From contig CAWJDT010000007.1 in the NCBI GenBank assembly GCA_963841735.1, positions 24,499 through 88,498 on the forward strand: DNA of 64,000 bases, read 5' to 3'. The number at the start of each line of letters is the position of its first letter. Positions within the stretch are counted from its first letter, which is position 1. The stretch comes from an uncultured Actinomycetes bacterium. GTDB lineage: Bacteria > Actinomycetota > Thermoleophilia > RBG-16-64-13. The notes beneath the pieces are model-generated. The model was given only the letters and a program-made list of their open reading frames with translations, ran no database searches and was not told the DNA's origin. Shown here piece after piece: positions 31,934 through 43,070 of this stretch. Made by a program: the position numbers and the translations under genes.

Positions 31934-34900
31934 GCTGTATCAAGGGCATGGGGCTTTCGGACCCACAGTCGGCGGCCGTTCTTGACGGAAGGCCTCGAGT
32001 GTTGGTGGCGGCGGGAGCCGGGAGCGGTAAGACCCGTCTGCTGATCGCCTGCGTGTTGCACGCCCTCATCGAAGAGGCGTCTGCCTGTCGAGCGGCTGAT
32101 CGCCGTCACCTTCACCCGGAAGGCCGCCACCGAATTGGTCACTCGCATCAGGACAAGCCTGGAAGAGTGCGGGCGACCGGATCTGGCCAGGTTGCTCGAT
32201 CTGGCGACCACCGGCACCATCCATAGTCTTTGCCGGCGCTTGGTCAAAGACCGCGCGCTCGAAAGCGGAGTCGATCCCGCCTGCGTGGTTCTCGAGGCCG
32301 ACGCCGCCGATTTGTTAAAACAAGAAGTCGGCCGCCTGGCCTGGGAGGCTTTTGTCGAGCGGGCGGGTGAAGCCGAACTGCAGGTGCTCGCGCTTGAGGG
32401 AGAGGGCCTGCGCAGGGAAATGATCTCCCTATACGACCGTCTACGTGGGTTGGGCTATGACCACCCGCGGCTCTCCATACATGCCGAGGTGTCCGAAGAG
32501 CCTGCCCGCTTGGACCTCATCCGCTCAGCCGGCGCAGCCTTGGTCGCCGGTGCCGCCTTGCCCAAACGCTCGAAGACTCTCGACGGAGATCTCTCTGCGC
32601 TGACGGCCTGCCTCGCCTGGCTGGAGCAGGATCCGCCCTGCGGCGCTTCTTCGGGCGTCGTCTCCCCGGTGGGCTCTTGCCTGCGTGCGAGCGCCCGCTT
32701 CTTTCCGAGCCGGCGGACTCCGGCCATGGAGCCGTACTTCGTTCCGGTGCGGGAGGCCCTGACGCGCTACCGGCGCGCGCTGGCCAAGATGTACCTGGAG
32801 CCGCTGGTTGGCACCGTCAATGCACTTCTGGCCGAATTTCACGCGCTCTACTCCACCCGCAAGCAAGAGCAGGGCTTAGTGGACTTCACCGATCTTGAGT
32901 TGCTGGCTCGTGATCTGGTGACACGCCCCGGTGAGGGGGGGCCGGCCGTCTCGCCCCAATCCGGCACCTTGCTTTTGGTGGACGAGTTCCAGGACACCAA
33001 CGAGCTGCAGTGCTCCATACTCGAGGGCCTTCTGACGACCCGCATGCTTATGGTCGGGGATGAGCGGCAAAGCATCTACCGTTTTCGTGGAGCCGACGTG
33101 GATGTCTTCCGGCATCGGCAGGCGGAGTTGGAGGCTTCCGGGGAGCAGGGCGCGGCCGCCGGGGCGTGTGCTGAGGCGGTCTGTGCGGGCGCTCCCGTGC
33201 ATCGTCTGGATGTCAACTATCGCAGTCGCCCCGAGGTGGTTGCCTTCATAAACCGGCTATTCGCGCATACAGACTTCTTTGGCGGTCGGTTCGTCCCGCT
33301 GCAGCCCGATCCGGCACGGTCGGCGGCCGCGGACGCGGAGGGTAGACCCTCCGTTGAGGTTGTTGTGGCGCATCGCGGTCCTTGGACCGCGGACGACTGT
33401 GCCATGCCGCTGCAGGACGCGGAGGCCGTTGCCGTTGCCGGCAGCGTGCGCAGACTCGTAGATGAGCAGGGGTGGCAGCAGCGCGACATCGTCGTTCTGT
33501 TGCCGGCCCAGACCCACGTGGGTCGCTACCAGGAAGCGCTGCTGGCCGAGGGGGTGGACGTCTACGTGGTGCGCGGCAAGGGTTATTACTCGCAGGATGA
33601 AGTGGCCGATGTGGTCTCACTGCTCCGGCTGCTAGTCAATCCCCACGATGATCTCGCGCTGGTGAGCGTGCTGCGGTCGCCCATGGTCGGTTTGTCGGAC
33701 GACGGCCTGTACATCTTGGGCAGGGCCGGTCGGGCAATGCGGGCGGATTCTCTGTGGAAGGCGGTCCAGGCCGGGGCTCCGGAGTCATTGGGGGCCGTGG
33801 ACAGGTCGCTTCTGGGTGACTTCCTGGGCAGACTGAGCGGCCTCAGGCGCCGGGTGGGAAGGCCTGGGTTGGCGCGACTTATCGACAATGCCGTTAGCGC
33901 CTGCGCGTATGACCTGTGCCTGCTGGCCTCACCTGGGGGCCGGCGCCGTTACGCCAATGTGCGCAAGCTCATGCGCCTTGCGGCCGAGTTCGAGGCGGTC
34001 AGCGGCCCGGACCTCGCCGGGTTTGTCGATTCGCTCCGCTCTCGAGACGATCTAGGCGACCGCGAAGGGAGTGCCCCCACGCTCACCGAGGGTGAGGACG
34101 TCGTCAGGGTGATGACCGTGCACCAAGCCAAGGGCTTGGAGTTTCCCGTGGTAGTGCTGGCCGGCCTGGGGTCGGACGTTCCGCGTGGCTCTTTCCCGGC
34201 GTTCGTTATCGGTGGCGACGGACGCATGGGGGTGTTTCTCAAGGGATCCCAGCACAAGACGTACGAGGAGGCCGACCTTTGCTGGGGTCCGGCCGACGAT
34301 ATCGCCGCCCAGGAGCGGACGCGGGACGAGGAAGAAGATGTGCGTCTGCTCTATGTGGCCATGACTAGGGCGCAGGAACGGCTGGTTCTGGTGGGGGGTG
34401 GTCCGAAGACAGGCCAGGCTGTCGTTGGTCGGATCGCCCGCATCGCGGGCGCACTGGGACTTGATGCCGTGCCGGCGCCGGGCGAGGCTGTCTTGTTGGA
34501 AGGTTTGGACGCGGTGGTAAGGGGGGTGGACTCGACGGCGGAAGCTCGTAGGCGCGGGCACGAGCAAGATGGGGAGTCGGAGTCTGAGTCGCCGCCGTCG
34601 TTCGAAGGGCGACCGGTTGCCTGCCCTCAGTTTATAGAAACGCTTCCTCGTTTTGGTTTATACCGGCAGGTGAGCTTCTCGGCGCTCGCCGCCTATCAGC
34701 GGTGTCCCCAGCAGTTCTATCTGGAACATGTACTTGGTCTGAAGTTGACAGGGGAGGAGCCGGTTCGCGAGGAGGACGACGCCGGCACTTGGCAGCACAG
34801 TCTACTGGATCCGGAGGAGCAACACGCCGGACGCGACGTGGGTTTGCTCGTGCACGCCCTCTTGGAGCGGGCGCCTGCCACCGGGGAGGCTCCGGCGAGG

Positions 34901-35449
34901 GCAGCGCTGTTGGACGAAGCTGAGGAGTGGCGGCGCCGGACGGGCGTGCATCTTTCTCGGGAAGCGCTCGAGAGGGCTGTTGAGCTGACCAGCGCCTTCT
35001 GGTTGTCGCCGGTCGCCGCCGGACTCTCGGCGCCGTCCGCTCGGCGGGAGGCGCCGTTCTTCTTCGCTCAGGCCGAGACGGTGGTTTCGGGCATCATGGA
35101 TCTTGTATTCGTCGACAATGGCTGCTGGTACATAGTCGACTACAAGACCAACGCGCTGAGCGGGCGTTCGACCAGCGAGTTGGCCTTGGAGTACCGATTG
35201 CAGGGGGTGGTCTATCGCCTGGCCGCGCTGCGGGCGGGGGCGCCGGCCGTCCAGATGGACTTCGTGTTTCTGGAGCGGCCCTCGGATACTGTGATGGTTC
35301 GGTCGAGTCCGGAGGACATGCCTTTGCTGGCGGACGAGTTGGACGAGGCGCTTGCGGGGCTGCGTCAAGGGCGTTTCCCGGCGACAAACGGAGAGAACTG
35401 CGGCCGCTGCGTGGTCGCGAGCCTGTGCGGGGGCATGGCCTGTCTCTAG
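31930..35449 (+). CDS. addA: AddA/AdnB-like UvrD helicase plus RecB-type nuclease; frameshift near 32080
   Basis: AGAGSGKT, TFTRKAA, TIHS, VDEFQDTN, VGDERQSIYRFRGAD, NYRS, TVHQAKGLEFP, LLYVAMTRA, GIMDL...DYKTN; ATGA overlap with addB. Confidence 0.9.
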
Positions 35450-35501
35450 TCGATGGTATACAATAGGCGGCCGCCAGAAGTGTGACATTGGCGGCATGCG
35501 G

Positions 35502-35578
35502 CGGGGTGTAGCGCAGCCTGGTAGCGCGCATCGTTCGGGACGATGAGGTCCCGGGTTCAAATCCCGGCACCCCGACCA
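35502..35578 (+). tRNA. tRNA-Pro(CGG)
   Basis: CGGGGTG acceptor, anticodon arm CATCG-TTCGGGA-CGATG, GGTTCAAATCC, encoded CCA; TACAAT -10 at 35459. Confidence 0.97.
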
Positions 35579-35644
35579 TAGACAGAAGATGCCAGCAGAA
35601 AGACGCCGGGACGGAGCAGTGGCCACCTCGAGTAGGCCAAGCGG

Positions 35645-36919
35645 CTACGGCAGGGTATTCACCAATATCACCACCAGCACGTGAGTGCCCGCTTCGTCGG
35701 GCGTGGTCAGCTGGGGGGGCGGGGCCGCGTCGGTAGTCGGCGGCAGCAGCGTGGAAGTGGTGAACGACCAGTATGACACCGCCGGTGCCGGCGTCCGCTG
35801 GGCGGAGAGCACCGCCAGCAGGTTCTTTCGCTGCAAGAGCAGATTCGTCCATTCCATGACCGCGGGCTCCGGCATCAGATCAAGCGCCACCACGAGGCCT
35901 TCTGAGGCGGCGATCGCTCGCAGAAGATCGATGAATTGGGGCGCTTGGTCCTTGGGAACGTATGCCGCGAAGGTGGGTCGGCTCAAACCGAGTTCCTTGT
36001 CTAGGGGATAAAGGCCCGTCAAAGCGGTGATCTGGGCGGCGATCGTCCCCGACTGGGCGACGGTAACGAATGTGTCTCCGGCGCCGGTTATGGGGCTGGG
36101 GATAGTCGTCTGAGGTGAGTCTGGCGTGCCTCCCTCAGCAGCCTCCTTGGGCAGGCCCTCCACGATGGGAGCCGATGCGCTTTCGAACACGAAGTAGGCT
36201 GGGGATCCCGGGACGGCAGTCATGCCACCGATCATCTCGGCCCTATCTTGTATGGGTGCGGGCTCGGCGGCTTTGATCGTGGCCGCGTCGTCGGTTGCCC
36301 CCGTCATGGTGATCGCGCTGGCTAATGTGGTGGCGGTGCCCGTGGGGGGTGCCGTACCCTCTGTGGCGCCGACGTACTGAGCGTCTTCAGGCATCGCTGC
36401 CGTTCCCAAAATAGAGCCATCGATATTGGTATAGGCATCACCCGCGGCTACTGCCGTGGTGCGCGCGGCCTCGTCCATCGACCCCGCGCCTGAGCGGAGC
36501 ACTGCAAAGCCCACCAGAGCCACCAGAACAGCGGCCACGATCGCCGACGCCGGTAGCCAGGAATTGCGTTTGCGCTGCCAGGTGTCCGACCATTTCGCCG
36601 GTCGCTCCAGCCCAACGTCTCGTACCGGCTGGGTCGCGCGGCTGGGGAAGAGCGCCTCGCTGACCACCGCGGCCTCGAGGGCAGGGGGAGCATCCTTGAG
36701 CGGGAGAGCCTGCATATAGTCGATGGCCACTTGCTGCAGTTGCAGGCGGGAGGCGCAGGCTGAGCAACCGGCGAGGTGGCGGTCGATGGCGTCCCTGGTC
36801 CGTGGATCGAGCTGGCCGTCCAGGTAATCGATGGCCAGCTCTTCCCAAGCTTCGACGTGGCCGGACAGCGCCTCTGCGGGCGTCGGTATGCGGTCGCTTG
36901 ATCTTTTGCCCCAGAACAT
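35645..36919 (-). CDS. Anti-sigma factor with zf-HC2 (ZAS) domain, TM helix and extracytoplasmic domain
   Basis: DYLDGQL...HLAGCSAC (HxxxCxxC), single TM segment, immediately downstream of the ECF sigma. Confidence 0.85.
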   Translation of the reverse strand: MFWGKRSSDRIPTPAEALSGHVEAWEELAIDYLDGQLDPRTRDAIDRHLAGCSACASRLQLQQVAIDYMQALPLKDAPPALEAAVVSEALFPSRATQPVRDVGLERPAKWSDTWQRKRNSWLPASAIVAAVLVALVGFAVLRSGAGSMDEAARTTAVAAGDAYTNIDGSILGTAAMPEDAQYVGATEGTAPPTGTATTLASAITMTGATDDAATIKAAEPAPIQDRAEMIGGMTAVPGSPAYFVFESASAPIVEGLPKEAAEGGTPDSPQTTIPSPITGAGDTFVTVAQSGTIAAQITALTGLYPLDKELGLSRPTFAAYVPKDQAPQFIDLLRAIAASEGLVVALDLMPEPAVMEWTNLLLQRKNLLAVLSAQRTPAPAVSYWSFTTSTLLPPTTDAAPPPQLTTPDEAGTHVLVVILVNTLP

Positions 36920-37593
36920 CACACTTCATCCCCTATCAGGCTTGTTGGTGTGACGGCCTCTGCTGGTCCGGGGTTCCTACCCGCTCGGCCTCCGCCGCCG
37001 GGGACCTCGTAGCCAGCAATGGGTCAGTGCTTCTGCAAGAGCCTCACGGGCTCGGAAGATGCGCGACTTTGATGGTGCCCTCCTGGACTCCGAGTATCTG
37101 GGCGGCTTCGCTATATGGAAAGCCGAGCAAGTCGCACAGTACTACGGCGAAGCGAAAACCTTCTTCCAGCCCCATAAGCGCCTGCCCGGAGGGGAGCGGA
37201 CAGCCCATCCACGGCGGGGTCGATGCCATCGCGGCCAGAGCCCACCACCGCGGCGGCACCGCATGGCCCGGAGAGGTCGTCGAGGATCTCGGCATCCATG
37301 GGTTCGGGTCTCTGCCGGCGCAGATGGTCGTAGGCGGCGTTCACGGCTATGCGATGTAGCCAGGTACTAAAGCGGGCCTCGCCCTTGAAAGAATCCAGGT
37401 TTCTGAAAGCCTTGATGAAGGCTTCCTGGGTTACGTCCGCCGCATCCCAGTGGTTGCCTAAGGTCCGAAGGGTCAGGTTGTAGACGCGCCGCTCGTGCCG
37501 GCGGTAGAGCTCGGTAACCGCGTCGGCATCGCCGGCGCGGGAGCGTCTCACCAGGTCGGTGTCCTCATCGCGCACCTGTTCGGTCACCCTCAA
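36919..37593 (-). CDS. ECF RNA polymerase sigma factor (SigM/RpoE-like); frameshifted
   Basis: GD.DAV.ELYRRH, DAADVTQEAFIKA, FSTWLHRIAVN; region 4 LCDLLGFPYSEAAQILGVQEGTIKSRIFRAR after frameshift repair. Confidence 0.88.
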
Positions 37594-37706
37594 GCCTGTT
37601 TCCTGCTCCTCCGCTCGTTGTCCATGCGCCTGTCCGTCATTCTAACAGTGGAGACTGTGGTAACGTCGACACTTAAAGGCAATCTCGGCAGGAGGTCTAG
37701 AGACTC

Positions 37707-38252
37707 ATGGCGGGAGAAGAAAACAGGGCTTCATCGGGGACCGGACGCACAGGGCGACGAGGCTGAGTTGATGGCTCGTCTTGAGGAAGAGATCCGCAAT
37801 ATGTCCGTCGCGGACCATCTGGTCTTACATGTTGCACTCTCTCTCGGCGTTGGCCCTAGGGCGTCTGGGCCTGAGCCCAGACGGTGCCGGGCAGAGGGAC
37901 CCGGCCCAAGCGCGGCTGGCGATAGAGGCCATCAAGGCTTTGGTGGGAGTGCTCGAGCAGGTGCGACCGGCAGGCGAGATCGCGGCTCACCGCGGAATGG
38001 TGGCCCAACTCCAGCTGGCCTTTGCGGGTGCGGTCACCGCTGCGGCTCCGCATGCGGAGCCGGCGGAGGGTCAGGCCCCGGCGGAGTCCGAGGCCTCGCA
38101 GACGGCCGACGCCGAGACGCCGCGGAAAGCCGCGGAGGCTGCCAACTGCGGAATCGGTGGTGGCGAACCCCGCGATGACGCCGAGGCTCCCGACGGGGCA
38201 GGCCGACCCCAAGCCAGACAAACCGCGTCGCGGCAGTCAAGCAGGCTCGTGA
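37707..38252 (+). CDS. Conserved hypothetical protein (DUF1844-like); frameshifted, ends uncertain
   Basis: LEEEIRNMSVAD...LALGRLGL....RDPAQARLAIEAIKAL...LQLAFA; SD GGAGG. Confidence 0.6.
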
Positions 38253-38346
38253 TACGCTTTTCCAGCTGTCGGCCGGGCTCTATGCCGACGGATATGTGAA
38301 GTCGTGCGTCGTCGGAGTGCGGCGCTATCGTCCACGAAGGAGGGTC

Positions 38347-39210
38347 ATGTCGGTTCAGATTGGCATCATCGGTGGGAGCGGGCTCTACGACATGGTGGAG
38401 TTGGCAGACCGCGAGGAGATTCGGCTGTCAACGCCCTTCGGGGACCCGAGCGGGCCCTATGTGATGGCCACGTTGCGGGGGCATCGTGTCGCCTTCTTGG
38501 CCCGGCACGGTGCCGGCCACCGTATCCCGCCGTCGGAACTGAACTTCCGCGCCAACATCTTCGGCTTCAAACTCCTGGGCGTGGAGAGGATCTTCTCCGC
38601 GAGCGCCGTGGGCAGCTTCAAAGAGGAATACCCGCCCATGGACGTGGTGGTGCCCGACCAGTTCTTCGACCGCACCCGGGGACGCATCAGCACCTTCTTC
38701 CATGGCCAGGGCATCGCCGGGCATGTGGCGTTCGCGAATCCCGTGTGCCCTGAACTGAGCAACATCGCGTTCGAGTCGGCGCAGGCGGTGGGCGCCCGAG
38801 CTCATATGGGCGGCACCTACCTTTGTATGGAGGGGCCGCAGTTCTCCACCAAGGCCGAGTCGCTGCTCTACAAGAGCTGGGGGATGGACGTCATCGGCAT
38901 GACCAATCTCCAGGAGGCCAAACTGGCCCGGGAGGCCGAGATCTGCTACACGACCATCGCCCTGGTCACCGACTACGATTGCTGGCATCCAGAGCATGAC
39001 CATGTGACCGTAGACATGATCGTGGCCAATCTCACCCGGAACGCCGAGACGGCTCAGCAGCTTATAGCCGAGGCCGTCGGGCGGGTGCCGGCGGGCCGCA
39101 CCTGTGCGTGCGCGAGCGCGTTGGCGACAGCCATCCTCACCAGTCCGGATGCCATCCCGGCTCAGACCAAGCGCGATCTTGCCCCCATAATCGGCAAGTA
39201 TGTCAAGTGA
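38347..39210 (+). CDS. mtnP: S-methyl-5'-thioadenosine phosphorylase
   Basis: IGIIGGSGLY, TPFG.PS, LARHG.GH, EGPQFSTKAES, IGMT...EAKLAREAE, TDYDCW. Confidence 0.95.
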   Translation: MSVQIGIIGGSGLYDMVELADREEIRLSTPFGDPSGPYVMATLRGHRVAFLARHGAGHRIPPSELNFRANIFGFKLLGVERIFSASAVGSFKEEYPPMDVVVPDQFFDRTRGRISTFFHGQGIAGHVAFANPVCPELSNIAFESAQAVGARAHMGGTYLCMEGPQFSTKAESLLYKSWGMDVIGMTNLQEAKLAREAEICYTTIALVTDYDCWHPEHDHVTVDMIVANLTRNAETAQQLIAEAVGRVPAGRTCACASALATAILTSPDAIPAQTKRDLAPIIGKYVK

Positions 39211-39220
39211 GGTGGGGGAG

Positions 39221-40144
39221 ATGACGGTGAATCCGATTCTGGCTGTCGGCTCGGTGGCCTTCGACACGATCAAGAACCCGTTCGGCGAGGCCGAGCGCGT
39301 GGTGGGCGGTTCGGCCACGTATTTCTCGGTGGCGGCCTCGTTCTTCACCGACGTGAGGCTTGTGGCCGTGGTGGGTGAGGACTTCGCCGAGCGAGGCGAT
39401 CAGATATTCGCCGGACGTTCCATCGACCTAGCCGGCCTGCAGACCGTGCCCGGAGAGACCTTTCGCTGGAAGGGTGAGTACGGGTTCGACCTGAACTCGC
39501 GCGAGACCATCTACACCAAGCTCAACGTCTTCGAGGATTTCGAGCCTGTCATTCCGGAGGCCTACCGTTCGTCGCCCTTCGTGTTCTTGGGCAACATCCA
39601 TCCGCGTCTGCAACTCGACGTGCTCGACCAGGTGAAGGCTCCGCGTCTGGTGGCAGCCGACACGATGAACTATTGGATCGAGGGTGCGCTGGACGATCTG
39701 CGGGAAGTCCTGAAGCGCGTGGACGTGCTCATCATCAACGACTCCGAGGCGAGGGAACTGTCGGGCGAGGCCAATCTGGTCAAGGCCGCCAGAGCCATCC
39801 GCGCGATGGGTCCCAAGACGGCGATCATCAAGCGGGGTGAGAACGGTTGTCTGATGACCTGTCCGGGCGAAGGCGAATTCTTCTCGGCGCCTGCTCTGCC
39901 ACTTGAAGAGGTGTTCGATCCCACCGGGGCCGGCGACACGTTCGCGGGTGGCTTCCTGGGGTCGCTCGCGGCCTGCGGCGAGGTCACCCAGGTGGCGATG
40001 GCGCGCGCCATCATTTACGGCAGTACGTTGGCGTCGTTTGCGGTGGAGGACTTCAGTCTGGATCGTCTGCTCCGACTCACGCAGGATGAGATAGGGGATA
40101 GGTTCCGTCAGTTCAAGCGTTTGACGCATTTCGACGAGGGGTAG
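39221..40144 (+). CDS. PfkB/ribokinase-family carbohydrate kinase
   Basis: VGSVAFD, GGSATY, DTMNYWI, NDSEA, DPTGAGDTFAGG. Confidence 0.92.
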   Translation: MTVNPILAVGSVAFDTIKNPFGEAERVVGGSATYFSVAASFFTDVRLVAVVGEDFAERGDQIFAGRSIDLAGLQTVPGETFRWKGEYGFDLNSRETIYTKLNVFEDFEPVIPEAYRSSPFVFLGNIHPRLQLDVLDQVKAPRLVAADTMNYWIEGALDDLREVLKRVDVLIINDSEARELSGEANLVKAARAIRAMGPKTAIIKRGENGCLMTCPGEGEFFSAPALPLEEVFDPTGAGDTFAGGFLGSLAACGEVTQVAMARAIIYGSTLASFAVEDFSLDRLLRLTQDEIGDRFRQFKRLTHFDEG

Positions 40145-40217
40145 CCAGGCAGAGCGGGGGCGGTCAGCCCCACGTAGGTCCAAAGATGGAACGGCGGCCA
40201 TGAACTCCCCTAGCCTG

Positions 40218-40246
40218 TTGACATCTGACCCCCCGTTACCTATAAT
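40218..40246 (+). promoter_or_regulatory. Consensus sigma-A promoter for greA-lysS
   Basis: TTGACA-17 bp-TATAAT, perfect consensus. Confidence 0.85.
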
Positions 40247-40312
40247 GCCGCGCTACTTCAGGCGCCACTTTCTGGCGCGAAATGCACGGGCAGCCCACTA
40301 AGGAAGGTTCTC

Positions 40313-40796
40313 GTGACTCGTAAAGAAGTCGTTCTTACAGAAGAAGGCCTCAAGCTGCTGACAGAAGAGGTCAGCTCTCCTCTCCACCATCAAGAGGGAA
40401 GAGGTGGCCGAGCGCATCAAGGCCGCGCGCGAGTTCGGCGATATCACCGAGAACTCCGAATACGATGACGCCAAGAACGAGCAGGCTCTGCTTGAGAACC
40501 GCATCCACCTGCTTCAGGAGAAGCTTCGCCGGGCTCGAGTGATCAAAGACTCCGAGATCGATCTCGACAAGGTGTGTGTGGGCAGTACCGTCACGCTTCG
40601 TGACAAGGATGCCAACGAGATCCGCATCTACACCCTGGTGGGTTCGGCCGAGGCCGATCCGTCCAGGGCTCGGCTTTCAAACGAATCGCCCGTCGGGCAG
40701 GCCATCATCGGCAAGCGCATAGGCGACGTCGTCACCGTGCCGGTTCCGGCTGGGGCTCTCAAGTACGAGGTACTCGCCATCGGGAAGATGTCGTAG
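40313..40796 (+). CDS. greA: Transcription elongation factor GreA; frameshift near 40375
   Basis: LTEEG, AREFGDITENSEYDDAKNEQ, SNESPVGQA. Confidence 0.95.
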
Positions 40797-42327
40797 GTGG
40801 ACCACTCGGTCCCACCTGAGGGTCCGGACGGAGGCGACGCACCCGAGTCACAAGCACCCGAATGGGAACGTCAGCGGTTGGCTAAGGTCGCCCGGCTGCG
40901 TGGGTTGAACATTGAGCCTTACGCCCGTTCTTTCGAGTCCCGCACCCCTCTGGGGGAGATCACCGCGACGCACTCCGGACTGGCTACCGGCGAGACGGCC
41001 GAAGGCCTATCCTATCGGGTCGCCGGCCGGGTGATGTCGACGGCGCGAGCACGGCAAGGCCGCGTTTCTCACTCTTCGCGACGGTTGGGATGACCTCCAG
41101 ATCTACAGCAACGTGGACACCCTGGGTGAGGAATCTTTCGGTCTGCTCACCGATCTGGATCTGGGCGACATCGTCGGGTGTGAGGGGCATGTGTTCCGCA
41201 CTCGTCGCGGCGAGTTGACCGTTTTCGCCGAGTCGTGGACCTTGCTGACCAAGTCGCTACGGCCTCTGCCTGAGAAGTGGCATGGCCTGCAAGACCGCGA
41301 GACCCGTTATCGCCAGCGCTACATCGATCTGGTGTCCAATCCCGAGGTGGCCTGGCAGCTGCGGGCCCGGGGCAAGCTGGTGTCGGCAATGCGCCGCTAC
41401 CTAGAGGATCAGGGATTCGTGGAAGTGGAGACTCCCACGCTGCAGCCCCTTCCCGGGGGCGCCCTGGCCCGGCCTTTTGTCACGCACCACAACGCGCTCG
41501 ATGCCGATCTCTACCTGCGCATCGCTCCTGAGCTCTATCTCAAGCGTTTGCTGGTGGGGGGATTCGATCGCATTTTTGAAATAGGCAAGAATTTCCGTAA
41601 CGAAGGTATCTCGCTGGTCCACAATCCCGAGTTCACCATGATGGAGCTCTACTGGGCCTACGTGGACTACAACGCCATCATGGAACTGGTGGAGAACATG
41701 ATCGCGGCGCTGGCCCAGGAAGTCGTGGGCGGTACCGAGATCGTGGTGGGGGAGCACCGCATCGAGCTGAAACCGCCGTGGCCGCGGCGCACAGTGGACT
41801 CTTTGCTGCAGGAGCACCTGGGCATGTCGCTGGCGGCCATGCGGGCCGATCCGCAGGCGGCCAAGCAGGCTCTCGTTGACCGCAAGATCGAGGTGGAGAA
41901 GCGCGACACCTTTGCCACCCTGGTTGACAAGGCGCTCAAGCATGCGGTTTGGCCATCGGTGGTGCAGCCCATCTTCGCCATCGACTACCCGCTTGAGCTG
42001 AGCCCGTTGGCCAAGTGCCGTCCCGATGACCCCTTGCTAGTGGAGCGCTTCCAGCCCATCATCGCCGGCAAGGAGATGGGCAATGCCTTCTCGGAGTTGA
42101 ACGATCCCCTGGATCAGCGAAGCCGCTTCGAGGAGCAGGCGCGCAACAAGGAAGCCGGCGACGAAGAGGCCCACGTGCTCGACGAGGACTTTCTTCGGGC
42201 TCTTGAGTACGGAATGCCCCCGGCGGGCGGCCTTGGTATCGGTATCGACCGGCTGGCCATGCTCCTGTTGGGGGTGGACTCCATCCGCGACGTTATCCTG
42301 TTCCCGCAGCTGAGGCCCGAGCACTGA
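40797..42327 (+). CDS. lysS: Lysine--tRNA ligase (class II); frameshift near 41040
   Basis: VAGRVM, LPEKWHGL.D.E.RYRQRY.DL, YLRIAPELYLKRL, FRNEG, LEYGMPPAGGLGIGIDRL. Confidence 0.96.
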
Positions 42328-42454
42328 CAGACCTTCTCTGGGTGTTGCCTGGGGCGGTTGCCGCGCAGACCTAGTCCGGCCTCGCGACGACCCTGATCTA
42401 TAGGGCGGGGCTACTTCTTCTCGTGTTCCACCTCGCTCTCCTGACCGCCGTCTA

Positions 42455-42501
42455 GCTGCAACATAAATTGCAGCGATGGACTGGCTGCAATTACCATTGC
42501 A
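42455..42501. repeat. Two tandem palindromes TGCAA-N6-TTGCA
   Basis: GCTGCAACATAAATTGCAGC (42455-42474) and GCTGCAATTACCATTGCA (42484-42501). Confidence 0.6.
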
Positions 42502-42610
42502 TGGACCGACGCCGGATTCGATCTCTTCCTCGACTCCCGCTCTGCGAGCCCCAAGAGAGGACTACTTGGGCTCGCAGAGAACAATAGTGGGGCAGAGGAT
42601 AAGTAAGGTG

Positions 42611-42641
42611 TTGCAAAATGGTGTGAAGTGGTGTAGGTTGG
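42611..42641 (+). promoter_or_regulatory. dcw promoter with MraZ-box-like repeats
   Basis: TTGCAA-17-TAGGTT; TGG repeated with 10-bp period at 42619, 42629 and 42639; ATG 7 nt after the -10. Confidence 0.65.
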
Positions 42642-42646
42642 TACCC

Positions 42647-43070
42647 ATGGTGGGTATGTTTCTATCTGGCGAGTTCGATCACACTCTTGATCCCAAGGGA
42701 CGAGTGACTCTACCTGCCCGCTATCGTGAGTATTTCGAGAAGGGCGCCGTGCTGGTCCGCCTGCCCAATCGTGAGCCCTGCATCAGCGTATTTCACCCCG
42801 AATCGTGGGCGGAGTTCGACCAGAAGTACCTGGAGACTCAGGACTTCTTCGAGAGCGCAGCCGATCGTTGGCGAGGTGCGCGAGATCTACAAGAACCACG
42901 ACCAGGTGGAGCCGGACAAGCAGGGGCGTGTGTTGCTGTCCGCTCAGCGGATCAAGGAATTGGGCCTGTCGGGCAAGGTGAAGATCATCGGGGTGCGCAC
43001 CCATCTGGAGATCTGGGATCCGGAAACGCTCGCTGCCGCGGAGCAGGGAAGGCTAGGCAACGATGCCTAG
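42647..43070 (+). CDS. mraZ: Division/cell wall cluster regulator MraZ; frameshift near 42860
   Basis: GEFDHTLDPKGRVTLPARYR, DKQGRVLL, HLEIWD. Confidence 0.93.

Noticed and set aside
26717-35449. Anti-phage defence system (WYL + helicase + Cas4-like nuclease)
   Set aside because: Motifs and sizes fit housekeeping PafBC and AddAB/AdnAB; no CRISPR array or other defence genes seen
8955-35578. Genomic island integrated at tmRNA or tRNA-Pro
   Set aside because: No duplicated 3' end (att site) noticed and no integrase; flanking genes look chromosomal
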